Origin: a virus
Length of the DNA: 64,000 nt
Strand: one strand, 5' to 3'
Virus record (IMG/VR): IMGVR_UViG_3300042868_005520
Span: 32,001-96,000 of that record
Part shown: positions 29,800 to 39,491 of the stretch, piece after piece
How positions within the stretch are numbered: the stretch's first letter is position 1
Layout of the letters: every line of letters starts with the position of its first letter
The notes under the pieces: generated by a model
What the model was told of the DNA's origin: nothing
Seen by the model: the letters and a program-made list of their open reading frames with translations, nothing else
The model's database searches: none
Translations under genes and position numbers: made by a program

Positions 29800-30237
29800 T
29801 TAAGACTTGTTTGAAGCAGCGGCTGAACCAAAGTAGAAGCCTACAATGCTCACCAAGATTTGACGAGTTTCAGACGCAAACAAGAATCCGTTGATCTCAA
29901 CAAAATACTTGCGGGTTGATTGCGGAATAAGTCCAAACAGCCCTTCGGGTGTGGTAGCGTCTACTTCAACGAATGTGGGCAGACCAAAGAACGGCAGAAT
30001 GAACGGAGCCAGCATAGTAGCAAACAGCACTGCAAGAACAATGAGTTGGCGAATGCCCCTACCCACATCCATAGGAACACGCTGTGCTGCCTTGTCTTGG
30101 TTCTCTGTGGTCTGCTTGTTGGCAGCAATAAGCCGCTCAAAGATTTCTTTTTGATCCTGACTCTTCTGAGCCATGTAACGAAACAAGAATCCTGTAGCCG
30201 CTCCTCCAACCAATGAAATCAATTCGGTACTAATCAT
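29800..30237 (-). CDS. Putative holin (3-TM, GTA-holin-like)
   Basis: Three hydrophobic segments and C-terminal IVGFYFGS motif. Confidence 0.65.
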   Translation of the reverse strand: MISTELISLVGGAATGFLFRYMAQKSQDQKEIFERLIAANKQTTENQDKAAQRVPMDVGRGIRQLIVLAVLFATMLAPFILPFFGLPTFVEVDATTPEGLFGLIPQSTRKYFVEINGFLFASETRQILVSIVGFYFGSAAASNKS

Positions 30238-30274
30238 TTCAATCTGCCTTTCTATAGCACAACTGCACTACTGT

Positions 30275-30457
30275 TTATTTAGGCTTCATCTTCTTCCTAC
30301 GAGCAATATTTGATTTGAGTCTTGGGTTGCCAGGCGGCATATCAGGAGGCAAACCTGCAATGCTGCCGCCTCCTGCGGTATTTGTTGGTGGTGGCGATGC
30401 CATTGGGGGTGGAATTTCTTCGGAAATAAACTTTGAGAATTTTTTGATTGTAGACAT
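30275..30457 (-). CDS. Small Pro-rich protein with CTS-like N-terminus
   Basis: ATG 30457 after AAGGA; MSTIKKFSKFISEE...PTNTAGGGSIAG. Confidence 0.6.
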   Translation of the reverse strand: MSTIKKFSKFISEEIPPPMASPPPTNTAGGGSIAGLPPDMPPGNPRLKSNIARRKKMKPK

Positions 30458-30465
30458 GGTTTCCT

Positions 30466-33400
30466 TTATACGATGGTGTAAACAGGTGGAACTGCGGACT
30501 TGGTGAGTAGCCATGCTCCTCTTACTCCGTTTGGAGCCACACCATGATAGTCAGTAGCAATATCGTCTATCGTGATGGTGAGTGGAATATCTGAGCGAGC
30601 ACTTTGAGCCAACACGATTCTTTCTCCAATAAGACCAGGACGAACCGTGAGTCTCCATGCGTACAGTCCTGCGTTTGCGCCAGATAGCAATGGAGCACCC
30701 GAAACAATCACTTGATCATTTAGTTGTGGATAGTCTATGATACGCGGAGGACCGCATTTACTATTACCTGATATAATTCTCCAATTGTTCAATGCAGTAT
30801 GAACCAATTTAGCATCGCCGTCCAATTTTCCTCTAGGATCAGGAGAAAGTGCAGCGTAGGTGGAATCACACCATACAGCAAGAGGACCTGCTCCTGCTAG
30901 TATAAGATGATAATTCAGTTCCCACCAATATCTACGATCATCGGCAAATCCACCATCTGTCCAATACGGAGTGGTTATCCACGGAGTAAATCTCTTCCAC
31001 AAATCAGGAGACGCTCGTTGTGCACTTCGTATAGTTCTCATTTCGATCATGAATCCCAAGAAGCCCATGTTGTTTCGGGCTTCTTCCACCTCAATGGCGG
31101 CTCCTTCTACTCCTGAAACACCAATAGGTCCGTGTAGACGAATATACACCTTTCCACCAACACCAAGATTTCCTGCCGTTACATACGATGCAATCGTAAT
31201 TCCTCTTCCACCTACCCATAGAATATCGGTAGGAGAATATCTAAAGCCCTTCCATGCAGTAATTCCTGTATCTGTAGCAGAGAAAGCGGCTGCGGCAGAG
31301 CGTCCCTCACCAAGTGAGAGTGTTACTCCGTAATCGTACTTTGATACTCCTGCCAATCCTGTTTTGTGATAGAATCGCACAGTATCATTAACGGGAGTGT
31401 AGTCGTAGCCTGTTCGGTTACCATCATACGAATTTCCATTGAAGAAATATTTTTGTAAAAAGTTTGTTGGGTTGGGGTAATACGCTGCCAACTTTCCAGG
31501 ATTAGCCCCTGCACTGTCTGCTTTAGAACCAACATACGCGTAGAAGTTTGGGCAAATAAGATCTTTAGGACCAGGAGGAGGACTGTAAGTTGGATCGGAG
31601 TTTCCACTTGAATTAAACAGAATGTCTCCTATAGTACTGTGCTGTCTATAGTAATTTCCTGCACTCAGTCCCATATCGCGTAGGGTGTTGTACACTAGAT
31701 TTCTGTAGTGTCCACTCTCAGTTAGTTCTCGCATTGTGCCATCCCATGCCATTTGAACATAAATTTGAGAGATATTTTCAGGATTTAGTTGTCCTAAATC
31801 TCCACCAAGGTATGAAGTAGGCAAGTAATTGGTTGCAGAAGCAGAAAGCCGTGAGTCTTTGTATTTTCCGCCTCCACCGAAACAAGCACCAGCAACATAC
31901 GCAATTTCTATTGCTTCAGAAACAGATCCCACGGTTGATCCTACACCTTTATATTTTCCAAAAGTTGATAAGAGTCCGTTGTATATCTCCATGAAACGAG
32001 AATTGAATGTATGAGAAGCATCCGTGGTTATTCCTGACGGATGGAACTTATAAGTGGTCATTCGAGGATCGTTTGCCAGTGCTCTCAGAAGATCGGGATC
32101 CACTGCATTGATTGGTCCTGTGTACCCTGCGGAAACTCCAAGATCATCGTACAGGAATGACAGGGTGAATCCATTTGGATTGGCAGCAGGATTATTGTAT
32201 CCGAATGTACCACCGTAGCCAGTGTATCCTGATGCTCTAGTCCATCTCTTTCGTGGAACGCCATCACCCACTCCGAAGTAATACAGAGTATGATAGTCTG
32301 AATTTTCGGCATCATCAATAATGTAATTGATTGGTGTTGGTACAATATTTCCTACGGTACGATCTCCAATTACTCCAGCAGAAATACCGTTTACTAAATC
32401 TACCATTACACTTTTAAGATAAGCGGCTTGTTCATCACAGAACAGAGAAGGCATTTTTCTTCCGCTTAGTAAGGTTGCTCCTGGTATTACAAAAGCACTC
32501 TCTACTGTAAAACCTGCTCCTATACTTTTTGTAAATGTTGACGCGCTTACTAGAGGAATTCGCTTGAACTGTCCAGCAAATGCTGTTGCACCTTCCGCAG
32601 CAACATATAATCGTTCTGTGGAGGTAAAGTGTATGGTGTCGTTGAATTGCAGAGTAAATCCTGCTACTCCTCCCCATGCTGTGATTCCTGTGTCGTCAAC
32701 AGCAAGTGCAGATTGCAGAGTGATTCCTGTGTACAGAGTAATACCAGGAAATGATGAGGCTGCTCCAAACTTATTGTATGTAACATATTCGTGAGCAATT
32801 GTTCGTGCGTCTGGACTCATGGTTCTACCAAATACCGCAGTAGTTGCTGCCGCAGTGGAACCGTAGCCTGTCCATCCCAATCCGTAATTTACTCCGTCCG
32901 TAGTGTTTGCCCAATACTGATGCACAGCATGATATGCTCGTTCGTAGTTTCCGTCTTTGTTCATGACAGGAATAAGATTTGGCAAGAATCGTGGATATAA
33001 ACACCGTCTGGATGGAGGAACATTTTTAAGGCGGTCAATTATTCTCCACTTTAAGCGATCAGACACAACAGACCCACCCAGATGTTTATGCAAACTATTT
33101 TCTATAGCACTGGATTCGTATGGAATAACAAGCGGAGCCGCCGAAAGTATTCCTGCCGCTACAGCAGATTGTGAATTGGCAAGTGGATAGTTATCAAAAT
33201 TACCAGGAAGATCATATCCAACACCAGTGTGAGCCTTTCCGTAATCAATATCAATCCAGTTTGCACTCCACACTGCATAGTCGGCTGATGTACTAGGAGA
33301 ACTCAAAGAATTAATTGTAGGATTGCTCAAGTAGAACGACTGCCCTTGCAGCATTTCACCAAACACCATGAAGTGAATGCGCTCGGTGAGTCCGCTTTGG

Positions 33401-34806
33401 TAGATTACACCCTGCTGTGTCCACGAGTTGTCCGCAGGGTTTTGCTTTAGTGATTCAACACGGAATCCTGAAGTAGTTTTGTACTTGTTGTTTAGTCCTG
33501 CTCGAATCAGCAACAGGGAGAACTCAGGAGTTGCCGCAGTAAGATTAGTTTCGGTGTTGGACTCGTACTCACCCGTGAGTATGGTGCAGTAGGTGTTCGA
33601 TGTCATGGGAGTCACAAACGAAACATCAAACAAGGAGTTTGCTCCTGCCGATACGCCTTTCACATTGAATCCGTTTTCAATGTACGCGCTTACCGTGCTG
33701 CTGTTACCTTTGTTTGGTGGAATCACAATTGTTCCGTATGCCACTGCCTTGCGCTTGTCTGCTTTATTAAACAGAGAAGACGAGTAGGTGTTCCCCACCG
33801 TGCCAAAGCCTCTCGCACCAGGCACAAGCCGCTTGCGTGCGTCTTGGTTGCCTTTAGTACCAGTATAAGTAGTTGGTTGTGCTCCAGGTGGAGTAGTAAC
33901 AAACTCCGTCATTAGACTTCCTGGTTCTAGTTGTGCTGCCTGAACATAGTATGTGGCAGAAGTGGATGTGGATATGAATCCCAATCCACTCACTGTGTTG
34001 TCTTGTAGCCCAATTTGTATTGGTACCAGAGTAAGTGCATTAACTGGAGCATTACTAGTGACAGAATATCGTTTCCAAGTATTGGTAAGTGTGATCATTG
34101 TTTTGACATTGGTGGCATTTCTAATGAATATCTGCTCTCCACCCAACTCTCCCTTTATAAAAATGCTAAATGTCCACGGTTTTCCTGCGAACCAAGCAGG
34201 AGTAACAGCAACTGGCAGTGAAAAGAAAGAGGAATTGTTGGGGGCAGCAATGCTTTGGACAATCTTTACTGAAGTGGGTATTCCTATTGGACCTGGTACT
34301 TCGCTAGGAGTAGAGGCAGTAAATTTGCTGTCTTGTATCCAATTTCCAACTTCTGGAATACGCAAATCACTTTCGGTTGCAAACGAAAACACTGCCACAT
34401 TAGAACGAACTGCATACTGTGGGCTTGAGTCTCCTATACTGGCAGTTCCGCCACTTGGATGAAATCCATCCTTGTATTCAAAGTTTACTACTCGTATTCC
34501 TGCGGACTTGCCAGTGGCGGTAATAACTCCTAATGCTACGGGTTCTATGGTCTGCGGTCTGTATTCTGTATCGTAACCTATTTCGGGTGTACAAATCGAA
34601 ACATACGAGCCACTACCAAACTGTTCGGGATTGGAAAATGAAATCCCGTACAGTCCTGCACTTACTCGATGGGTTCCCAAAATACCGTAACCATCGTTCA
34701 CCGTGGGAGCCTTGTCCGTGTCGTACTGCATATTGATCCACGCATCACAGGTGGGAACAGTAGTAGTAGAAGAAGTAATTTGTGCTGCCGAACGAGAAGA
34801 AGTCAT
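30466..34806 (-). CDS. Large (1446 aa) virion structural/receptor-binding protein
   Basis: Two AW/AY..G(Y/F)(G/N)..SF..P..Y fibre modules, a carbohydrate-binding-like segment (ITLTNTWKRYSVT..QLEPG), G/T/Y-rich remainder. Confidence 0.65.
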   Translation of the reverse strand: MTSSRSAAQITSSTTTVPTCDAWINMQYDTDKAPTVNDGYGILGTHRVSAGLYGISFSNPEQFGSGSYVSICTPEIGYDTEYRPQTIEPVALGVITATGKSAGIRVVNFEYKDGFHPSGGTASIGDSSPQYAVRSNVAVFSFATESDLRIPEVGNWIQDSKFTASTPSEVPGPIGIPTSVKIVQSIAAPNNSSFFSLPVAVTPAWFAGKPWTFSIFIKGELGGEQIFIRNATNVKTMITLTNTWKRYSVTSNAPVNALTLVPIQIGLQDNTVSGLGFISTSTSATYYVQAAQLEPGSLMTEFVTTPPGAQPTTYTGTKGNQDARKRLVPGARGFGTVGNTYSSSLFNKADKRKAVAYGTIVIPPNKGNSSTVSAYIENGFNVKGVSAGANSLFDVSFVTPMTSNTYCTILTGEYESNTETNLTAATPEFSLLLIRAGLNNKYKTTSGFRVESLKQNPADNSWTQQGVIYQSGLTERIHFMVFGEMLQGQSFYLSNPTINSLSSPSTSADYAVWSANWIDIDYGKAHTGVGYDLPGNFDNYPLANSQSAVAAGILSAAPLVIPYESSAIENSLHKHLGGSVVSDRLKWRIIDRLKNVPPSRRCLYPRFLPNLIPVMNKDGNYERAYHAVHQYWANTTDGVNYGLGWTGYGSTAAATTAVFGRTMSPDARTIAHEYVTYNKFGAASSFPGITLYTGITLQSALAVDDTGITAWGGVAGFTLQFNDTIHFTSTERLYVAAEGATAFAGQFKRIPLVSASTFTKSIGAGFTVESAFVIPGATLLSGRKMPSLFCDEQAAYLKSVMVDLVNGISAGVIGDRTVGNIVPTPINYIIDDAENSDYHTLYYFGVGDGVPRKRWTRASGYTGYGGTFGYNNPAANPNGFTLSFLYDDLGVSAGYTGPINAVDPDLLRALANDPRMTTYKFHPSGITTDASHTFNSRFMEIYNGLLSTFGKYKGVGSTVGSVSEAIEIAYVAGACFGGGGKYKDSRLSASATNYLPTSYLGGDLGQLNPENISQIYVQMAWDGTMRELTESGHYRNLVYNTLRDMGLSAGNYYRQHSTIGDILFNSSGNSDPTYSPPPGPKDLICPNFYAYVGSKADSAGANPGKLAAYYPNPTNFLQKYFFNGNSYDGNRTGYDYTPVNDTVRFYHKTGLAGVSKYDYGVTLSLGEGRSAAAAFSATDTGITAWKGFRYSPTDILWVGGRGITIASYVTAGNLGVGGKVYIRLHGPIGVSGVEGAAIEVEEARNNMGFLGFMIEMRTIRSAQRASPDLWKRFTPWITTPYWTDGGFADDRRYWWELNYHLILAGAGPLAVWCDSTYAALSPDPRGKLDGDAKLVHTALNNWRIISGNSKCGPPRIIDYPQLNDQVIVSGAPLLSGANAGLYAWRLTVRPGLIGERIVLAQSARSDIPLTITIDDIATDYHGVAPNGVRGAWLLTKSAVPPVYTIV

Positions 34807-35252
34807 AGTACCACCACCCTTATTTGATTTGTCGTAAACTGGAGTGTGGTGAATGGTACGGCAAGAACTCTATTACCATTTGGACCAGTTAGAGTACTAA
34901 TACCCACTCGTATCCAAAATGAAGTGGTTAGTTTTGGAAATTGAGTTGAGTTTAGTGCATGAGCATATACTGTAGTAGGTGCAGGTCGCGAAACTCCAGG
35001 CTGTATAAAAATTTTATATTTGGTGTCCTGCATGGGAGTAATAAAAGAAAACTTGAGTGCTCTACCATCTATTGAACTACCACCAGCATAGTTAGACGGA
35101 TCCAAACGAAGGTTGTATCCGTCTACAAAAATTAAATTATCCCACTTGTTGGTGGTAAACGAGGTTATAGCAGTACCAGACACAGCCGTATGGCACCACG
35201 CCTTAACGGTGCTGTTGTGTGCAAAGAATGGAAGTTGCGGTGAGTTTGCCAT
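34803..35252 (-). CDS. Fibre-associated protein sharing a module with the 1446-aa protein
   Basis: VKAW..DGYNL..FSFITPMQDTKY. Confidence 0.55.
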   Translation of the reverse strand: MANSPQLPFFAHNSTVKAWCHTAVSGTAITSFTTNKWDNLIFVDGYNLRLDPSNYAGGSSIDGRALKFSFITPMQDTKYKIFIQPGVSRPAPTTVYAHALNSTQFPKLTTSFWIRVGISTLTGPNGNRVLAVPFTTLQFTTNQIRVVVL

Positions 35253-35635
35253 TACAATTGCCTCAGAATCTGTGCTAGTTTGCCGTCCATTGGGATGTCC
35301 GAGACTACGATGCCGTCAAAAATCATCCGCTCATCTATGTATTCCAAATACATGAGAACGGTTTTGAGTGCAGGGTAGATGTCCGCTTCCAATTTGTGAA
35401 ACAGCATACGAGACGCTGCCGCACGACCAAACACATTCCCAAGCACCATGATATGGTTCAGGAGAAGAATGGTTCGCAAAGTGCCGCAGCGGTTATACCG
35501 CTTCAGCAACCGCTTTACATATTTGATTTTTGAAATATCTTCCAAGAATTCATCCATCCCCATGCAATCAGGATTGGTGTAGTTTCCCATTGCATAGAGA
35601 GAGAAGTTGTCTTTGGTCAATATATTAATGTCCAT
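35252..35635 (-). CDS. Conserved hypothetical T4-like phage protein
   Basis: LTKDNFSLYAM..Y.NP.C...EF.ED...KY+KRLL.RY...LLLNHI..L.NVFG pattern. Confidence 0.7.
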   Translation of the reverse strand: MDINILTKDNFSLYAMGNYTNPDCMGMDEFLEDISKIKYVKRLLKRYNRCGTLRTILLLNHIMVLGNVFGRAAASRMLFHKLEADIYPALKTVLMYLEYIDERMIFDGIVVSDIPMDGKLAQILRQL

Positions 35636-35650
35636 GATAAAAGTATTCGC

Positions 35651-36928
35651 TTACCAGCGCATACCGTACTTGTTTAGTCTGTCTTTAATTGCATGACTTT
35701 TAGCACTTTGTTCTGCTCCACCTGGTAGTGTAGTCCGCTTCTTCATAGTCTTCTTTGGGGTCTTTGCGGCTTCATCCACAACCTTCTTGATGCGCTTGGT
35801 TCCCTTGCCGCTTTGATCAGCAATGTTTGATCCAAGAGCAGGATCCATGATTGGAAGACCTGTGGTGAATTCTGTGGTTACATCTTCCTTTACAGACTTC
35901 TTGGAGCGAAGCATCTTGAAGTCTTGCGAGTCAAGCCGCTTGTTCTTGTTTGCATCAAGTTTCTTCTGACCGCCAACAAGTTCTTCCTTTACAGACTTCT
36001 TTGATCGAAGCAGTTTGAAGTCTTGTGAATCGAGACGCTTGTTCTTGTTTGCATCAAGTTTCTTCTGACCGCCAACGAGTTCTTCCTTGACACCCATAGC
36101 CGTCTTGATGCCCTTCACAGCATTGGCTTGCTTTTTGCCCGTGAGCGAATTGTAGTTCTTGTCGGAACCGTACTTCATGGACGACAGTTGTGATCCACGC
36201 TTGGCAACATACGCGTCCTTGGTCGCCTTGCTCAACTCGTCAATCTGCTCTGCGCCTTCCTTCACTTCCACGCCTTCTTCAGCCATCACAGGCTCTTCCT
36301 TTGGTGAAACAAAAGCGGTTACACGGTACATGGAATCATCGCCCAATTCAACCTTAACGGTAAGCGTGAACTCTTGGAATCCGTCTTGACTGCCAGCGCG
36401 ACCATCAAAGCGAATGCCGCCAGTCAGTGCATCGTATCCATCAACACGACCAAAGCGTGTCAGCGGAAGAGTAAACACACCAACCACAGCATTGTTTTCT
36501 CCTGGTGCCGAAGGTGGAACCTGTGCGTATCCTGACCACACGCGTGGTGTCCACGGAAAGTCAAGCAGCAGCACATTGAGCCGTGCACGAATCTTCACCA
36601 GTGCATCGGTGGTATTCAAGTACGAGTACTTTGAAAGAGCATTAAGCATGGCATTGGCGTTGGCAATGAACTGTGCGTTGAACTTGAATGCGCCAACATC
36701 AGTATCAAGCGAACGATTAGGATAGCCTGTAAGGGTTTCCTTGTATTCGCTCTCGTTGAGTGTGTTGCGGAACGCTTTGAATTGCTTGGTTTCTTTCATG
36801 TGCTTTGCCTTTGAAATTTCGATGGCAGCCAGTTGCTTCTGTGCCTTCTCTTTGGATGGGTGGGTTCCTAGAATCTTGGAACCTGTAGAATCAGTGACTA
36901 CGAATTTGCTTCCGCTTTTCTTGATCAT
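35651..36928 (-). CDS. Modular head/internal protein (polyprotein-like)
   Basis: Short basic modules separated by MKE/LNE/VKE/IDE; tandem 33-aa repeat. Confidence 0.6.
   Translation of the reverse strand: MIKKSGSKFVVTDSTGSKILGTHPSKEKAQKQLAAIEISKAKHMKETKQFKAFRNTLNESEYKETLTGYPNRSLDTDVGAFKFNAQFIANANAMLNALSKYSYLNTTDALVKIRARLNVLLLDFPWTPRVWSGYAQVPPSAPGENNAVVGVFTLPLTRFGRVDGYDALTGGIRFDGRAGSQDGFQEFTLTVKVELGDDSMYRVTAFVSPKEEPVMAEEGVEVKEGAEQIDELSKATKDAYVAKRGSQLSSMKYGSDKNYNSLTGKKQANAVKGIKTAMGVKEELVGGQKKLDANKNKRLDSQDFKLLRSKKSVKEELVGGQKKLDANKNKRLDSQDFKMLRSKKSVKEDVTTEFTTGLPIMDPALGSNIADQSGKGTKRIKKVVDEAAKTPKKTMKKRTTLPGGAEQSAKSHAIKDRLNKYGMRW
35883..36088 (-). repeat. 99-bp tandem duplication encoding ELVGGQKKLDANKNKRLDSQDFK(L/M)LRSKKSVKE x2
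   Basis: TCTTCCTTTACAGACTTC starts at 35883 and 35982; mostly synonymous differences. Confidence 0.9.
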
Positions 36929-36931
36929 GGT

Positions 36932-38377
36932 TTAGTCTGTTGTTGTGGTTGAACGGTAGTCTGCATCACCTGAGCGGCGGCGTTGACTTGTCTTGGTGTC
37001 TTTGGTGCGCCGATCCTTTGCCCACTCCATCTTTTTACCTTTTCCCATACGAGCCATTGGATTCGTTGATCCACGAGCAGGTGGAATAGGCTTGCGAAGT
37101 TCTTCTGCGTGTTTCGCGTAGTCTGCTTTCAGACCCTGAAGTTTTGCAGTGACCTCACTGGCTTCATTCACTTTCTTCTTGACGATAGGTCTTTCTATTT
37201 TTCTCGCGTGTTTCAAATCGGCTTTTAATTCTCGATCCTTGAGTTGATTTGAAGTACTATTTTTTGGGTTGTATTTCAAATCTGGATGTTCTTCAGCGGT
37301 TCTTTTGTCTGATGGTTTACCCATCATTTTAATTAAGTCAACTCTTCTCATTCTTGCGTGTGCGATCTTAGAATCCCTAAGTCCTTTACTTGAATAATCA
37401 TCTTCATCAGTAACACGATTGGCATCACTTGTTGCTTTACTCTTAATTTTGTCCAACGCGGCTCTTCTTGCAGGAGTAATTCTATAGATTTCAGTAACCT
37501 CACTGGCTTCTTTCACTGGCTTTGGCTTTGGCAACTTTTCGGATTCCATTTCATCGCGCAGTTTACGAGCCTTCTCTCGCGCAGTAGCATTTTCCTTTGG
37601 ACTCTTGCGGTTCATGGTGGTCATGTACTCGTTGAGTTCACTCTGAAGATCAAAAAAGGTTTTGCCTTCGCTCACACTTTTCCAACCGCCGCCTTGTTCG
37701 TTGTACCACTTAACAGCCCAACCGTTGGCGTAGGCAGAAGGGTACACATCAAACTTGCTACGAGCCTTGGACTTCGCTTGTGACCACAGTTCAGGATTTG
37801 TTGGCTTGTTCTTTTCCATTAGTTCCTGTGCGGCTTCAACCAAACCAAACTCATCCATGCTTTCGGTGTTTGGTGTTTCGAATGACTCCTCAACGGTTTC
37901 TCCACCAAGAGTCTTGCGGAAAGCGTTGAACAGAACAGGTGATCCTGTAATCTTCTTTACCATTGAGTCCATCATGTCGATCATAAGATCGCGATACACT
38001 TTGGATGCACCCATCTTGACGGCTGTCTCAGGAGATTGCAGAGCGCGGCGAGCCACGATTACATCCTTCTTCTTTACAAGACCACTACGAAGCAGGGTCT
38101 TTGTGCGTTCGCCTTCAACACTTTCGGTGGTGATGTTTGATTCCTTGGACAGACTAGTGCGGAGAGCGGTGTACAGGTTGCGGTTATTCAGAACACGATC
38201 CACCACATCGACAAGAATTTCCTGCATAAGCATACGGTATGCGGGATTCTTCATTGCCTTGTCGGGATCCTGAAACAGAACCGCTGCACGGCGAATGTTG
38301 TTCTTGGAAACAAGACCAAGCCGCAGCAAGGTGTTGAGTTTCGATGTGATTCCGCTATCGTGTCCGATTCCGTCCAT
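36932..38377 (-). CDS. Modular head/internal protein (polyprotein-like)
   Basis: Duplicated N-terminal domain (TLLRLGLV.. / TLLRSGLV..), KPTNPELW..YPSAYANGW module, ITE/LME/LNE/VKE/VNE linkers. Confidence 0.6.
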   Translation of the reverse strand: MDGIGHDSGITSKLNTLLRLGLVSKNNIRRAAVLFQDPDKAMKNPAYRMLMQEILVDVVDRVLNNRNLYTALRTSLSKESNITTESVEGERTKTLLRSGLVKKKDVIVARRALQSPETAVKMGASKVYRDLMIDMMDSMVKKITGSPVLFNAFRKTLGGETVEESFETPNTESMDEFGLVEAAQELMEKNKPTNPELWSQAKSKARSKFDVYPSAYANGWAVKWYNEQGGGWKSVSEGKTFFDLQSELNEYMTTMNRKSPKENATAREKARKLRDEMESEKLPKPKPVKEASEVTEIYRITPARRAALDKIKSKATSDANRVTDEDDYSSKGLRDSKIAHARMRRVDLIKMMGKPSDKRTAEEHPDLKYNPKNSTSNQLKDRELKADLKHARKIERPIVKKKVNEASEVTAKLQGLKADYAKHAEELRKPIPPARGSTNPMARMGKGKKMEWAKDRRTKDTKTSQRRRSGDADYRSTTTTD

Positions 38378-38396
38378 AGTAGAGTCTCCCTTTTCT

Positions 38397-39458
38397 TTAT
38401 TTAGACGATTTCAAGTGGCTAGTCATGCGGGGGGCGTTTCCTTTTCCGCTTTGTTGTGTTTCTGGTTCAACTCGTCTTTTTTGAATTACAGCGCGTTTTC
38501 TCTCTTTGGGAGTCATCTCTCCCACCGTCTCAGGAGTCTTGCTGCTTACTTTGTTTGCAGGACGGCATTTAGGGTATTTACCCTTGGAGGTGTCGGATCG
38601 ACCACATGGGGGGTATTCCCCTGTCTTGGGGTCTTTCTTGCCGCCAATGTCCACCCACTTCTCTTTGAACCACCGCGAAAGGTCTTCGTCCATTTTACAT
38701 GGAGGCGTGGGAAATATTTTATTGTGCTTGGAGAATCCCCCTGTTTGACCAGGAGTATCGGCTCTTCGCTTTTTCTTGTCGCTCTCAAGCAGTCGCTCTG
38801 CGGCGGCACGGTAAATATCTGTGTAGTTAATGCCTTCTTTAATCATCGTTTTCATACCCCGTTGTAGGTCTTGGTACAAATCCTTTACATCAGAGGAATT
38901 AGCCTGTCGGGGCATTCCGCTCTTGAAAGTCTTGAAGTCGTTTGCGGCAGCAGCAGCACGAAGTTTGGACGCGCTCATGCCCTGCACACCTGTTGCGTTC
39001 TCGTCTCGTTTTCCTGCACCAACAATCGTCAGGCTCTTTAGTTTAAGGCGGTCTTTCCTGCGAGTGGAACTCATCAGGTCTTTGAAAGCCTCGTAACTTC
39101 CTTGACGATCTTCTCCGCCCACAAGGTGTACATGATCGTATCCCTTTTCGGCAAGCCAGTACAGCATCTCCACAGGGTTCTTGATTGTATTCAAGTCCTT
39201 GAAGTTTGCGTCAGGAAAGAACCGCTTCAGGTACTTGAATTTCTGTCGGGGGGTGAGTGGGTTCTTCTTGGGGTCGTTTGTGCGACTGCTGAACATAGCG
39301 TACTCTGCGCCCAAACTCTTTGCCGTGCTAATGACCTTATCGACTAGCAGTTGGTGACCTGATGTGGGGGGTTGAAAGCGACCAAAGGCAACAACGATAG
39401 ACTTGCCTTTAGTCTTGGGTTTAACAATATCCCGAACTTTTTTTTCCACTGTGATCAC
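38397..39458 (-). CDS. Cytidyltransferase-like (HxGH) nucleotidyltransferase fused to a basic C-terminal module
   Basis: FGRFQPPTSGH, KNPL, VGGEDR, MSASKLR; C-terminal EDLSRWFKEKWVD..CGR..YPKCRP. Confidence 0.8.
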   Translation of the reverse strand: MITVEKKVRDIVKPKTKGKSIVVAFGRFQPPTSGHQLLVDKVISTAKSLGAEYAMFSSRTNDPKKNPLTPRQKFKYLKRFFPDANFKDLNTIKNPVEMLYWLAEKGYDHVHLVGGEDRQGSYEAFKDLMSSTRRKDRLKLKSLTIVGAGKRDENATGVQGMSASKLRAAAAANDFKTFKSGMPRQANSSDVKDLYQDLQRGMKTMIKEGINYTDIYRAAAERLLESDKKKRRADTPGQTGGFSKHNKIFPTPPCKMDEDLSRWFKEKWVDIGGKKDPKTGEYPPCGRSDTSKGKYPKCRPANKVSSKTPETVGEMTPKERKRAVIQKRRVEPETQQSGKGNAPRMTSHLKSSK

Positions 39459-39491
39459 CTCTTTATTGTTACACCAGACACCAACTGCCAG

